Positions 30,696-40,807 are shown, counted from the first letter of the stretch. The stretch: 64,000 bases of DNA from Paremcibacter sp. (GCA_048266545.1 JBLWZH010000014.1:7952-71951), one strand, 5' to 3'. Numbers and translations are program-made. The notes: generated by a model not told the origin, from the letters alone.

Positions 30696-30730
30696 AAACG
30701 GCCTGCTCCCTTGGGACAGGCCGTTTTTCT
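30696..30730 (+). terminator. rho-independent terminator after rpmG (convergent with pleD)
   Basis: AAACGGCCTG...CAGGCCGTTT stem followed by TTTTT. Confidence 0.8.
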
Positions 30731-30754
30731 GTTCATAATACGATCTTTTAAGTT

Positions 30755-32131
30755 TTATTCGGAATCGAGACTGCACACCTTGTTGCGGCCGGCATTTTTC
30801 GCTTCATAAAGCGCATTATCGGCGGAAACCAGCAATTTACTGCTGGTGGAGTTTTTGTCCCCGGCAATGGCGAGGCCAATACTCGCCGTGATGCCGATCG
30901 GCGTATCCGAACCGGAAATGTCAAACGGTTCATCGGCGATCGACCGCCGCAAGCGTTCGGCGACAAAATGGGCGTATTCAAGGTTTGTTTCCGGCATCAC
31001 CACGACAAATTCCTCACCACCGAAACGCGCCGCAAGATCTATATTGCGGATGTCACGACTGATCCGTTGAGCAAATTCCTGCAATACTTCGTCGCCGGAG
31101 GCGTGGCCGTAGGTATCATTGACCTGTTTGAATTTATCAAGGTCGATCATCAACAGGGCGACCTTTTTCCGGCGGTCATTGTCCGCCGACATCAGGTTAT
31201 CCAGATGGGTTGACAGAAAATGCCGGTTATAAAGGCCGGTCACCGCATCCGTCATGGCCATTTCCATGCTTTTCTTCATATTGCGGCGCAGACGCCGGGC
31301 ATATCTTTTCTGGCGGATCTGGGACTTCGCCCGCGCCTGCAACTCGTTTTTATCGATCGGACGGGCAATATAGTCGTTCACGCCCAATTCCATCGCCCGC
31401 ACCAGTTGCTGGGTGTCCCCTTCATCAACAAGAACCAGAATCGGGGTCTGCCGGGTCTGTTCCGTGGAGCGCAATTGCGAACATAACCGCAACCCATCCA
31501 CATTCCCCAGACTGAGGCTTATGATAACAAGATCATATTTAGCAAGTCCCGGAGTGGTGATCTCGCCGGCGGCGACATCGTCAACATCAACCGTCGCCAG
31601 GTCCTGCAGATAATTTGTAATCCGCCCCGCCACCCGGGCGTAATCCTCGACCAGCAGCACCCGGGCATTGGCCAGGCTGATATTCTGATTGAGGTCCGGG
31701 GCAATATTGATGCCGAAATCCTGGCCGGTGGTTTCGCGCATCCTGAGTTCATCCATCAGCACCTTGAGACGCACCAGGGAGCGCACCCGGGCAAACAGCG
31801 GCAGGTCGAGCACCGGTTTGGTCAGGAAATCATCGGCACCGGCTTCGAGGCCGGCGACCCGGTCCCTCGGCTGATCAAGCGCCGTCACCATGATCACGGG
31901 GATATGCGCCGTTTTGGCGTTGGCCCTGATGCGGCGGCACACTTCGAATCCATCCATGCCCGGCATCATGACATCGAGCAGCACAATATCCGGATGCTCT
32001 TTTTCGATCACGTCGAGAGCCTCTTCCCCGTTCATCGCCGTCAGAACATCAAAATATTCGCTGGTCAGCTTCGCCTCCAGCAATTTAACGTTCTGAATCA
32101 CATCATCAACAACCAGTACCCGTGCTGTCAT
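30755..32131 (-). CDS. pleD: response regulator / diguanylate cyclase PleD (REC-REC-GGDEF)
   Basis: Two receiver domains plus GGEEF, with an RNID I-site five residues upstream. Lies immediately downstream of divK. Confidence 0.93.
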   Translation of the reverse strand: MTARVLVVDDVIQNVKLLEAKLTSEYFDVLTAMNGEEALDVIEKEHPDIVLLDVMMPGMDGFEVCRRIRANAKTAHIPVIMVTALDQPRDRVAGLEAGADDFLTKPVLDLPLFARVRSLVRLKVLMDELRMRETTGQDFGINIAPDLNQNISLANARVLLVEDYARVAGRITNYLQDLATVDVDDVAAGEITTPGLAKYDLVIISLSLGNVDGLRLCSQLRSTEQTRQTPILVLVDEGDTQQLVRAMELGVNDYIARPIDKNELQARAKSQIRQKRYARRLRRNMKKSMEMAMTDAVTGLYNRHFLSTHLDNLMSADNDRRKKVALLMIDLDKFKQVNDTYGHASGDEVLQEFAQRISRDIRNIDLAARFGGEEFVVVMPETNLEYAHFVAERLRRSIADEPFDISGSDTPIGITASIGLAIAGDKNSTSSKLLVSADNALYEAKNAGRNKVCSLDSE

Positions 32132-32140
32132 GGCCAGTTT

Positions 32141-32506
32141 TTATCCTGCAAATTTCTTGACAGTTTCGATAAACTGCCCGACAGAGATCGGCTTGGCGAT
32201 ATATGCTTCGCAGCCTCCCGCCCGTATTTTTTCCTCATCGCCCTTCATAGCGAAAGCCGTCACCGCAATAACCGGAATCGAACGCAGATCCTCATCCTCC
32301 TTGATCCATTTCGTGACCTCAAGCCCGGACACTTCCGGCAGTTGAATATCCATCAAAATCAGATCCGGTTTTTCTTCCCGCGCCAATTCCAGCGCCTTCA
32401 TCCCTTCCTGTGTCTGAATCGTATCATATCCGTGCGCGCTCAGAAGATCACAAAAGAGTTTCATATTTAGTTCGTTATCTTCGACAACCAGTATTTTTTT
32501 ACGCAT
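32141..32506 (-). CDS. divK: single-domain cell-cycle response regulator DivK
   Basis: [18 protein letters not shown]...[13 protein letters not shown]...AKPI. Start at the Met preceded by AGGAAG. Confidence 0.92.
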   Translation of the reverse strand: MRKKILVVEDNELNMKLFCDLLSAHGYDTIQTQEGMKALELAREEKPDLILMDIQLPEVSGLEVTKWIKEDEDLRSIPVIAVTAFAMKGDEEKIRAGGCEAYIAKPISVGQFIETVKKFAG

Positions 32507-32683
32507 TAAAGCTTCCTGATTATTTATCAAGTGAATCACTTGTACTTCACTATGACCTACAATTATAGCTATCTGTTAGGTATTTCTATAATTTTAAGGG
32601 CTGTATATGAAAAAGCTGTTAACAGAATAACTGTCGTGTATATTTATATTTAAACGCGGCGGCACAAACAATCGGCTTTTACC

Positions 32684-32965
32684 ATGAATGATGATCAGGC
32701 GGAAATACTGGCTTTGCGGGCCCTGGCCCATATCGCGTCCCATGAAGATATTCTGGTCGCCTATCTCAGGCTGACCGGGCTTTCCGCCGAAGAACTGCAC
32801 ACATCCGCCGCGGAGGCGTCAACGCTGGGCAGTATCCTGGATTATTTTTTGCAAAACGAGAAAAGGCTGGTCGCCTTTTGCGAAGCGGAAAATATTTCAC
32901 CGGACCACCTGGCGAAGGCCAGAAGGCTTCTACCCGGCGGTGAAACCGTCCCCTACAGCAGTTGA
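32684..32965 (+). CDS. DUF3572-like protein
   Basis: 93 aa. The sequence ...AEILALRALAHIASHEDILVAYLRLTGLSAEEL... matches my recollection of the family that commonly sits beside divK-pleD in Alphaproteobacteria. Confidence 0.65.
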   Translation: MNDDQAEILALRALAHIASHEDILVAYLRLTGLSAEELHTSAAEASTLGSILDYFLQNEKRLVAFCEAENISPDHLAKARRLLPGGETVPYSS

Positions 32966-33633
32966 ATGAATTGAGCGTATCCATGAAATTTGCCCTTGAG
33001 CAACTAAAATTGCTTTCCCTGACCCCGACCCGGCCCCTGATTATTACCGATGCGGATGAGGTGATATTGCATTTTTCCGACATTCTGGCCGACTATTTGC
33101 GGACCCAGGGAATGTATGTGGATTTTGTCAGCTACGCCCTTGACGGCAATGTAAAATATCTCGACAGCGATCTGCCTGTGGACAGCGCGCTGTTCAAGGG
33201 CCTGATTGATGATTTTTTCCATGGATATGTCGAAAAACAACCGCTTGTCGAAGGCGCCGCCGATCACCTGGCGAATCTGTCCGCCCTGTGCGATATTGTC
33301 ATACTGACCAATATTCCCCATGATTTCGCCGATCGGCGCCGCAGCCAGTTGATCGATCACGGGCTCGACTACCCCATGGTGTCGAGCAGTGGGCCCAAGG
33401 GGCCGGTACTCAGGGCGATCCGTGACTTCACCCGGGAAAAGATGATTTTTATTGATGATATATCCCATCATCACGCCTCGGTGGCGAAATATGTCCCGGA
33501 CTGCCTGCGGATTCAGTTCATCGCCAACAGTCACCTCAACAGGATTGAAGGAAAGGCGTCGGACTGCCATGTCAGATGTGATGACTGGGTCCATATCGAA
33601 CAGGAAATCAGAAGTTTTCTGGAAGACGAATGA
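32962..33633 (+). CDS. HAD-superfamily-like hydrolase, uncharacterised
   Basis: Motif I-like LIITDADEV and late FIDD. The ORF-track start is TTG (32962); ATG 32983 is an alternative. ATGA overlap with dinB. Confidence 0.55.
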   Translation: MNELSVSMKFALEQLKLLSLTPTRPLIITDADEVILHFSDILADYLRTQGMYVDFVSYALDGNVKYLDSDLPVDSALFKGLIDDFFHGYVEKQPLVEGAADHLANLSALCDIVILTNIPHDFADRRRSQLIDHGLDYPMVSSSGPKGPVLRAIRDFTREKMIFIDDISHHHASVAKYVPDCLRIQFIANSHLNRIEGKASDCHVRCDDWVHIEQEIRSFLEDE

Positions 33634-34916
33634 AGGCCATGAAAATGCGCGCTTTCTGTCGTGATTGCTTTACAGATTTCACCGGTCCGGATGATGTCGC
33701 GGCGTCGGATGCGCTCTGTGAAAATTGCGGCAGCCCGCGCCTGATCCGCCATGGCGAATTGACTTCCCTGAGGCTCGCCCATATTGATTGCGACGCCTTT
33801 TTCGCCAGTATTGAGAAACGGGACAATCCGGATCTTCTGTCGAAACCGCTGATTATCGGCGGCGCCGAGCGCGGCGTCGTCTCCACCTGCTGTTATATCG
33901 CACGGACCTACGGCGTCCATTCCGCCATGCCGATTTTTCAGGCCCGGAAACTGTGCCCGAACGGGATTTACATGGCCGGAAACATGGGAAAGTATTCCAC
34001 CGTCAGCAAACAGATCCGCGCCATATTCGACAGCATGTCACCCAATGTCGAACCCCTGTCGATTGATGAGGCCTTTATCGACCTGTCGGGCACGGAGAAG
34101 CTCCATGGAACCTATCCGGCGAAGGTCGTCGCCCGGGCGGTGCAGCAGATTGAGCGCGAAATCGGCATCACCGTATCCGTCGGCCTGAGTTATAACAAAT
34201 TCCTCGCCAAGCTGGCGTCCGACATGAACAAACCCCGGGGCTTTTCCCTGATTGGCCGGGCGGAGGCGAAAGATATTCTCGCCCCCCTGCCCGTGGCGAA
34301 AATCTGGGGTGTCGGCAAGGTGATGCAGAAAAAACTGCACCGGGACGGCCTGACCCAGATCGGCCAGCTTCAGCATCTGGAAAAGAAATATCTTCACCGG
34401 AATTACGGCGCCATCGGCGACCGGCTCTATCATTTCGCCCGCGGGCAGGACAGCCGCTTTGTCGACAAGACATCGAAAAGGAAAAGCATTTCCAACGAAA
34501 CCACCTTTGCCCGGGACCTGTCCGACTATGGCGAGTTGAAGGCCAGGCTGTGGCCCCTATGCGAAAAAGTCTCCGAACGCCTGAAAGAACAGGTCCTGGC
34601 CGGCGACAATATCACCCTGAAGCTGAAAACAGCGTCCTTTCGCCAGATCAGCCGTTCGACAACTCTCGACAGCCCGACCCAGATGGCGGAGACCTTGTTT
34701 GAGGTCGGCAAGCGCCTTTTGCAGCCGGAATGCCGCGGCCTCGACTATCGGCTGATTGGCATCGGGGTTTCCGGCCTCGGCGGAACCGAACAGGCCGACC
34801 CGCCGGACCTGATCGACAAGGCTCGCAGCCAAAAAATAAAAACCGAACGCATTATGGATGACATTCGAGACAAATATGGTAAGGATATTATCAAAAAGGG
34901 CCGCAGCCTGACATAG
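33630..34916 (+). CDS. dinB: DNA polymerase IV with an N-terminal CxxC...CxxC extension
   Basis: Y-family core (AHIDCDAFFASIEKRDNP, SIDEAFIDLSG) preceded by FCRDC...CENCGSPR. Confidence 0.93.
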   Translation: MKAMKMRAFCRDCFTDFTGPDDVAASDALCENCGSPRLIRHGELTSLRLAHIDCDAFFASIEKRDNPDLLSKPLIIGGAERGVVSTCCYIARTYGVHSAMPIFQARKLCPNGIYMAGNMGKYSTVSKQIRAIFDSMSPNVEPLSIDEAFIDLSGTEKLHGTYPAKVVARAVQQIEREIGITVSVGLSYNKFLAKLASDMNKPRGFSLIGRAEAKDILAPLPVAKIWGVGKVMQKKLHRDGLTQIGQLQHLEKKYLHRNYGAIGDRLYHFARGQDSRFVDKTSKRKSISNETTFARDLSDYGELKARLWPLCEKVSERLKEQVLAGDNITLKLKTASFRQISRSTTLDSPTQMAETLFEVGKRLLQPECRGLDYRLIGIGVSGLGGTEQADPPDLIDKARSQKIKTERIMDDIRDKYGKDIIKKGRSLT

Positions 34917-34944
34917 CGACAAAATTCAAAAACAGGGGATTTCA

Positions 34945-36540
34945 ATGAGAAAGCTTTTTCATTTCAGTGCCATAGCATTCGCCATTATAAGTTTTTTGTA
35001 TCTTTCGCCGGCTTATGCGCAGGAAGTGCCGGACCGGGCGGAGGGCGACGGGCCCTATGGTCGGCTGATTCTCCGCGGCGGCTATCTGATTGACGGCACC
35101 GGCGCCCCGCCCTTTGGTCCGGTCGATATTGTCGTCGAAAATGACAAAATTACCGAAATCCGCAATGTGGGAATCCCCGGCGTCGCCATCAACCCCGATC
35201 AGCGGCCGGAAAAAGGCGACCGGGAAATCGATGCGCACGGCAAATATATCCTGCCCGGTTTCGTTGATCTGCACAGCCATATTCATTCCCTTGACAGTGA
35301 ACAGGGCGTGCCGCCGGAATATATCTTCAAACTGCAACTGGGCCACGGCGTCACCACCATCCGCAGCCTGGGCTCCGGCGGCGACAAGCGGATCGTCGAT
35401 TTCAAGACCCGCAGCGCCAACAATGAAATCACCGCCCCGCGGATTATCGCCTATCCCATCTTTCAGGGCGTCACCAGCCCGAAAGACGCCCGCAAGCGCA
35501 TTCAGGAGATCAAAAAGAACGGCGCCGACGGCGTTAAATTTTTCGGCGCGCCGGAAGAAATCCTGTGGGCGGCGCTGGATGAGGCCAAAAAACAGGGCTT
35601 GCTGACCACCATGCATCATGCCCAGCTTGATGTCGCCCACGCCAATGTCCTCACCACTTCCGCCCACGGTCTCGACAGCATGGAACATTGGTACGGCCTG
35701 CCCGAAGCCCTGTTTGAAGACAAGATCATTCAGGACTATCCAACCGATTATATCTACAGCAATGAGCAGGATCGCTTCGGTCAGGCGGGCCGGCTGTGGA
35801 AACAGGCGGCGCAACCGGGCAGCGAAAAATGGAATGAGGTTATGACGACCCTGCTTGAGCGCGATTTCGCCCTCGATCCCACCTTCACCATTTATCTGGC
35901 GAGCCGCGACCTGATGCGGATGAGCCGGGCGATCTGGCATGACGATTACACCCTGCCGGCGCTCTGGGATTTCTATCGCCCGAACCGCGCAGCCCACGGC
36001 GCTTTCTTCTTCGACTGGACGACCGAGGATGAAATTGAATGGAAGAATAATTATCGATTATGGATGCGTTTCATCAACGACTATAAAAACCGTGGCGGTA
36101 AAGTCGGCCTCGGCAGCGACACCGGTTATATCTACAGCCTCTATGGCTTTGGCTATATCCAGGAAATGGAGCTGATGCAGGAAGCGGGCTTTCACCCCCT
36201 GGAGGTGATCCGCGCCGCAACCCAGACCGGCGCGCAAATCATCCGCCGGGACGGGGAAATCGGCGCCATTCAGGTCGGTAAAAAAGCCGATATTGTGGTG
36301 GTCGATGAAAATCCGCTGCATAATTTCAAGGTGCTGTACGGCACCGGCGCCCTCAAACTCAATGATGACAGCGGCCTTGTCGAGCGGGTCGGCGGGGTGC
36401 GCTGGACGATCAAGGACGGCATTGTCTATGACGCCTTCCAGTTAAGGGCCGATGTCCGCAGGATGGTCCGGGAGGCCAAGATCAAGGCCGGGCTTTCGCC
36501 GGACCGGCCGTTGCGCGTCGCCAATGCGCCGGCGGAATAG
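34945..36540 (+). CDS. secreted amidohydrolase-family protein
   Basis: Signal peptide ending SPAYAQE and the metal-binding block GFVDLHSH. 531 aa. Confidence 0.8.
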   Translation: MRKLFHFSAIAFAIISFLYLSPAYAQEVPDRAEGDGPYGRLILRGGYLIDGTGAPPFGPVDIVVENDKITEIRNVGIPGVAINPDQRPEKGDREIDAHGKYILPGFVDLHSHIHSLDSEQGVPPEYIFKLQLGHGVTTIRSLGSGGDKRIVDFKTRSANNEITAPRIIAYPIFQGVTSPKDARKRIQEIKKNGADGVKFFGAPEEILWAALDEAKKQGLLTTMHHAQLDVAHANVLTTSAHGLDSMEHWYGLPEALFEDKIIQDYPTDYIYSNEQDRFGQAGRLWKQAAQPGSEKWNEVMTTLLERDFALDPTFTIYLASRDLMRMSRAIWHDDYTLPALWDFYRPNRAAHGAFFFDWTTEDEIEWKNNYRLWMRFINDYKNRGGKVGLGSDTGYIYSLYGFGYIQEMELMQEAGFHPLEVIRAATQTGAQIIRRDGEIGAIQVGKKADIVVVDENPLHNFKVLYGTGALKLNDDSGLVERVGGVRWTIKDGIVYDAFQLRADVRRMVREAKIKAGLSPDRPLRVANAPAE

Positions 36541-36600
36541 ACGATATTTTTGCGGCCGTAGCCCCGGGGGGCTGCGGGCCCGGCCAAGGGGAACAGGGAA

Positions 36601-36954
36601 ATGACCCGGGAAGAATTCGACAGCTATTGCGCCAGCCTGAAGGCGACGGCAAATATCATCCAGTGGGGCGGCGCGTCGGTCTGGAAAGTGGGCGGCAGAA
36701 TATTCGCCATATGCTCTGACGGGGGCCAGGGACAGGAGCTGAAAATAAGTTTTAAATGCTCTGACCTCAGCTATCAGATTCTCCGCCAACTGCCGGGCAT
36801 TATCCCGGCGCCTTATCTCGCCCGGGCGAAATGGGTCCAGATCACGACGGCGCAAGCGATGAATGATGATGACATCAGGGATTATGTCAATGCGGCCCAT
36901 CAGATCATCGCCGGCAAACTGACCCGGGCCAAACGGGCCGAACTGGATCTTTGA
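36601..36954 (+). CDS. MmcQ/YjbR-family protein
   Basis: 117 aa. The pattern ...W.GASVWKVGGRIFA...ISFKC...APYLARAKWVQI fits the family. Confidence 0.7.
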   Translation: MTREEFDSYCASLKATANIIQWGGASVWKVGGRIFAICSDGGQGQELKISFKCSDLSYQILRQLPGIIPAPYLARAKWVQITTAQAMNDDDIRDYVNAAHQIIAGKLTRAKRAELDL

Positions 36955-37155
36955 CTCTGAATATTACAATATTCCCAATAACTTATAATTGACGCTTGTT
37001 AACCATACAACAGGCTCTTTTTTCCCGGCGATGCAGGAAGTTTTTGCCCCTATCCTGGCACTGATTTTATTTTGCTCATATAATTCAACGGGATAACGTA
37101 TTGGCACAAAGGTTGCACATAAACCCGTGATCCTGGAAAGTATAAAAGGCGTACC

Positions 37156-37848
37156 ATGACTTATATCACCCTGCCCCTGAAACGTTCCGCCCGCATCCCC
37201 GCCAATGGCGTGAGCCATCTGGCCGATGAGATTTTGACGAAGGTCAGAATATCCGAAAAGAAACTGCCCGCCAAAAGCCGGGATCTGTTATCGGAAATCC
37301 TCGATTATGTTGTTGAGGCCGAACAAACCATTGCCGCGCAAAAGCAGCATATTGAAAAACTTGAAGTCATGACGACAACGGACCCGCTGACCGGCCTGCT
37401 GAATCGCCGGGGCATTATGGTCGAGGTCAAGCACGCCATCGCCACGGCCGACCGTCACGGCGAAGGCGCCATATTCACCTATATTGACCTGGATGGCTTT
37501 AAACAGGTCAATGATGAGCACGGCCATGCCGCCGGCGATAAAATACTGACCCTGGTCGCTGACATCCTGCAGCGGTCCATCCGGCAAACCGATTATGCCG
37601 CGCGTCTCGGCGGCGATGAATTCGCCTTATTGCTCACCCATTCCGATTATGAAGGCGGCAAATCCCGCAGCCAGTTTATTCAGCGGCAGCTGAATTTCCG
37701 CCACCTGAAATTCCACGGCCGGAAAATTCCCCTGCGGGCAAGCTTCGGCATCGCGGAAATTACGCCAGAGGTAAAGCTGGAGGATGTGTTGCAGCATGCC
37801 GATCAGAATATGTACCGCAACAAGGCGAGCCGCCGCAAACAAGCATAG
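37156..37848 (+). CDS. GGDEF-domain diguanylate cyclase with a short coiled-coil N-terminus
   Basis: DPLTGLLNRRG and RLGGDEF, with an RQTD I-site five residues upstream. Confidence 0.88.
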   Translation: MTYITLPLKRSARIPANGVSHLADEILTKVRISEKKLPAKSRDLLSEILDYVVEAEQTIAAQKQHIEKLEVMTTTDPLTGLLNRRGIMVEVKHAIATADRHGEGAIFTYIDLDGFKQVNDEHGHAAGDKILTLVADILQRSIRQTDYAARLGGDEFALLLTHSDYEGGKSRSQFIQRQLNFRHLKFHGRKIPLRASFGIAEITPEVKLEDVLQHADQNMYRNKASRRKQA

Positions 37849-37908
37849 GGATGACAGGCGATTCTGCCGCCCGGCGGCCTGATTTCGACCTTTCTCCTCT
37901 TTTCCGGC

Positions 37909-37969
37909 CTTTTCTTCCTTTGCCCTAAGGTGTAATCTGCTGACACAGATCACGCCAAAGGAAGAAAAG
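37909..37969 (+). promoter_or_regulatory. long hairpin sequestering the ridA-like gene Shine-Dalgarno
   Basis: CTTTTCTTCCTTTG (37909-37922) pairs perfectly with CAAAGGAAGAAAAG (37956-37969). The right arm holds AAGGAAG, just upstream of the ATG at 37976. The loop contains a nested hairpin, ATCTG-CTGACA-CAGAT. Confidence 0.45.
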
Positions 37970-37975
37970 AAATTC

Positions 37976-38446
37976 ATGAGCCATAATTTTGAACAAAAGC
38001 TTGCCGAACTCGGGATTACCCTGCCAACCCCGGTGGCGCCCGTCGCCAATTATGTCCCCTTTGTCCAGAGCGGCAAGCTGCTGTCCATTTCCGGACAAAT
38101 TCCGGTCGATGCCGAGGGCGCGCTGCCCTATCTCGGCAAAGTGGGGCAGGATGTCAGCGAAGAGGATGCGATCAAGGCGGCCCGCCTGTGCGCCATCAAC
38201 ATCATCAGTCAGGCAAGAATGGCCTGCGATGGTGATCTGGACCGGGTCGTCCGCATCGTAAAGCTCGGGGCCTTTGTCAACTGTGTTGATGGTTTTCCGG
38301 GCCAGCCGGCCATTGTCAACGGCGCCTCCGACCTGATGGTCGCAATCTTCGGAGATGCCGGGAAACATTCCCGTTCCGCCGTCGGAGTCAATGCCTTGCC
38401 ACTGAATGTTCCCGTTGAAATAGATGCGCTTATAGAAATTTCTTGA
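37976..38446 (+). CDS. RidA/YjgF-family protein
   Basis: 156 aa, YjgF/chorismate-mutase-like fold signature (...SGQIP...AR...VEI). Confidence 0.85.
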   Translation: MSHNFEQKLAELGITLPTPVAPVANYVPFVQSGKLLSISGQIPVDAEGALPYLGKVGQDVSEEDAIKAARLCAINIISQARMACDGDLDRVVRIVKLGAFVNCVDGFPGQPAIVNGASDLMVAIFGDAGKHSRSAVGVNALPLNVPVEIDALIEIS

Positions 38447-39192
38447 AAGTATGGATGAAGAATAACTGGCTGACAGAAATTCCCTTTGCCCACCGGGGTT
38501 TGCATGGTCCCGCGACCGGCCATGTGGAAAATTCCCTGTCCGCCTTCAAAGCCGCCAATGACCGGGGCCATGGCTTCGAACTGGACATTCTGCTCAGTCA
38601 GGATGGTCAGGCGATGGTCTTTCACGACCTGTCCCTGGACCGGCTGACCGGCAAACCGGGCGCAATTGATGACTATCCGGCCGATCAGCTGAAAAAGTTT
38701 CGGCTCACCGGCTCCGAGGACCTCATCTCTCCCTTGCGCGATGTCCTGCGGCAGGTGGACCGGACTTTGCCGATCCTGATTGAAATCAAGGGCGATCAGG
38801 ACAGGCCCGAGGCGGTCGCGGCCGCCGTCCATGCCGAGGTTGAGACGTATCGGGGCCCCCTGGCCGTCATGTCCTTTTACCCGGACATTGTCGACTGGTT
38901 TCAGCAGCATGCGCCGCAGATCCCGCGCGGCCTGGTGGCGACCAGCCTTAATGACGACAGCCTGCCGGACAGATACTTCTCCCCGGCCCGCCAGATCTCA
39001 TGGATTGGAGAACTGGCCGCGGATTTTATCGCTTATGATATTCAGGCGCTGCCCAACGACGTCACGCGATATGGCCGGTCCCGCGGCATTCCGGTGCTGA
39101 CCTGGACAGTCCGCAGCGCGGAACAGCGCGACAAGGCCCGCCAAAATGCGGATAATATCATTTATGAGACCGCGGGCCGGACACCGAAATGA
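38443..39192 (+). CDS. glycerophosphodiester phosphodiesterase-family protein
   Basis: AHRG...ENS...FELD...HD blocks. ATGA-type overlap with the upstream gene. Confidence 0.85.
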   Translation: MKVWMKNNWLTEIPFAHRGLHGPATGHVENSLSAFKAANDRGHGFELDILLSQDGQAMVFHDLSLDRLTGKPGAIDDYPADQLKKFRLTGSEDLISPLRDVLRQVDRTLPILIEIKGDQDRPEAVAAAVHAEVETYRGPLAVMSFYPDIVDWFQQHAPQIPRGLVATSLNDDSLPDRYFSPARQISWIGELAADFIAYDIQALPNDVTRYGRSRGIPVLTWTVRSAEQRDKARQNADNIIYETAGRTPK

Positions 39193-40358
39193 CCCGCTAT
39201 CACCACCAAATCCTTCACAGCCTGTCTGAAATATCGCAGGATTCCTGGAACGCCTGCTGTTTTAACGAGGCGACGCACCATAATCCGTTCCTGTCCCATC
39301 AGTTTCTGAGCGCGCTGGAGGACAGCGGTTGCGCCACGGCGGATACCGGCTGGCAGGCGCGCCATATCGCCATCTGTAATGCGGATGATGACGTGGTCGG
39401 CGTCATGCCGCTTTACCTGAAAAGCCATTCCTACGGCGAATATGTCTTTGACCACGCCTGGGCCAACGCCTATCAGAACGCCGGCGGCAGATATTATCCG
39501 AAACTGCAGTCGGCCATCCCCTTCACCCCGGTTACCGGCCGGCGGCTGGCGGTGCGCCCGGGGGAGAATATCCCGGAAATACAGCAGGAAATTCTGAAAA
39601 CCGCCGTTTCGCTCGCGACCACCCTCGGGGTGTCGTCGCTGCATGTGACCTTTACCGAACAGGCGGAATGGGATTTCATGACGAAACATGGCCTGCTCAA
39701 AAGGCGGGACCAGCAGTTTCACTGGATCAATCAAGGATACCGGTCGTTTGAGGATTTTTTGCAGGCGCTTTCCTCCCGTAAACGCAAAAACATCCGCAAG
39801 GAACGCCGGCAGGCCGTGGCCCATGATATTGAGGTAGAGGTTGTCACCGGCCGACAGATCACCGAAGCCCATTGGGATGATTATTTCACCTTTTATCAGG
39901 ATACCGGCCAGCGAAAATGGGGTCGGCCTTATTTGAACCGCCTGTTTTTTTCGCTGCTCGGGGAAAGGCTGTCTGATCGGATTGTCCTGATCATGGCGCG
40001 GCGCGGCGGGCGTTATATTGCCGGCGCCCTGAATCTGGTCAGTGATGATACGCTCTATGGCCGTTACTGGGGCGCCATAGAGGACCACAGATACCTGCAT
40101 TTTGAAATATGTTATTATCAGGCGATCGACTATGCGATCCGTCATGGCCTGAAAAGAGTCGAGGCCGGCGCCCAGGGGGAACATAAACTGGCGCGCGGTT
40201 ATCTGCCGACATCGACCTACAGCGCCCACTGGATCCGCAATCCGGCTTTCAAGGAGGCTGTGGCGGATTATTTGCGCCAGGAACGGGCCGCAGTCCGTCA
40301 GGACCAGGCATTTCTGTCCGGCTTTGCGCCCTTTAAAAAGGACGGGGCCGCCAAATAA
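39189..40358 (+). CDS. GNAT/FemAB-like N-acetyltransferase (DUF482-type)
   Basis: 389 aa. The blocks YLKSHSYGEYVFDH.WA and ...YGRYWG...LHFE.CYYQAIDYAI match my recollection of the family. Confidence 0.65.
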   Translation: MTRYHHQILHSLSEISQDSWNACCFNEATHHNPFLSHQFLSALEDSGCATADTGWQARHIAICNADDDVVGVMPLYLKSHSYGEYVFDHAWANAYQNAGGRYYPKLQSAIPFTPVTGRRLAVRPGENIPEIQQEILKTAVSLATTLGVSSLHVTFTEQAEWDFMTKHGLLKRRDQQFHWINQGYRSFEDFLQALSSRKRKNIRKERRQAVAHDIEVEVVTGRQITEAHWDDYFTFYQDTGQRKWGRPYLNRLFFSLLGERLSDRIVLIMARRGGRYIAGALNLVSDDTLYGRYWGAIEDHRYLHFEICYYQAIDYAIRHGLKRVEAGAQGEHKLARGYLPTSTYSAHWIRNPAFKEAVADYLRQERAAVRQDQAFLSGFAPFKKDGAAK

Positions 40359-40390
40359 GCCGCAGTACGGGAACGAATTACCGGAACAGG

Positions 40391-40807
40391 TTACTGGCCG
40401 GTGGTTTTCTCAGCCTTGTCTTTTTCCTTATATTCGACGAATTTGCCAAGACCGCAGGTTGGTCCCTGTATATTGCTTGAAGAGTCAAAGACCGTTATCA
40501 GGTCGACATTACAGAGCTGGTTCGTCGACACCGCGTAACTGAATGACTTTTCAAAGCCCAAACGAGCGCACCGGTGGGGCAATGTGTTGAGATAAGCCTT
40601 GTTACCCTTCATTTTGAACAGAATATTATAGTCGTCGAACACTTTCGTTGAGTCGATCCGGGTCAATGTGACACAAAGCTTGACCGCGCCGGTTTTCTCA
40701 TACTTCGTCATCGTTTCGGCCATCTTGTCTTTTGCCGTGTCATCCGCCATTGCGGACGTGGCGACAAAACCCAAAGCCAGAGTAAACGTCAGTATCTTTC
40801 CTAGCAT
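40391..40807 (-). CDS. small secreted protein (DUF6491-like?), unknown function
   Basis: Start moved to MLGKILTFTLALGFVATSAMA (signal peptide). Four Cys residues, C-terminal Lys/Glu tail. Confidence 0.5.
   Translation of the reverse strand: MLGKILTFTLALGFVATSAMADDTAKDKMAETMTKYEKTGAVKLCVTLTRIDSTKVFDDYNILFKMKGNKAYLNTLPHRCARLGFEKSFSYAVSTNQLCNVDLITVFDSSSNIQGPTCGLGKFVEYKEKDKAEKTTGQ

Noticed and set aside
32540-32683. CtrA box in the divK/DUF3572 divergent region (10-bp palindrome CTGTTAACAG at 32616-32625)
   Set aside because: Only one TTAAC half-site. The second half, 7 nt away, is ACTG rather than TTAA. Similar half-sites upstream of mipZ (47230-47270) also lack the partner.
34942-35997. 351-aa ORF on the - strand
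   Set aside because: It is antisense to the secreted amidohydrolase gene, with no motifs and no SD.
36964-37218. 84-aa ORF on the - strand in the gap before the GGDEF gene
   Set aside because: No SD and no recognisable features, and it overlaps the GGDEF gene start. The gap is more likely promoter DNA.
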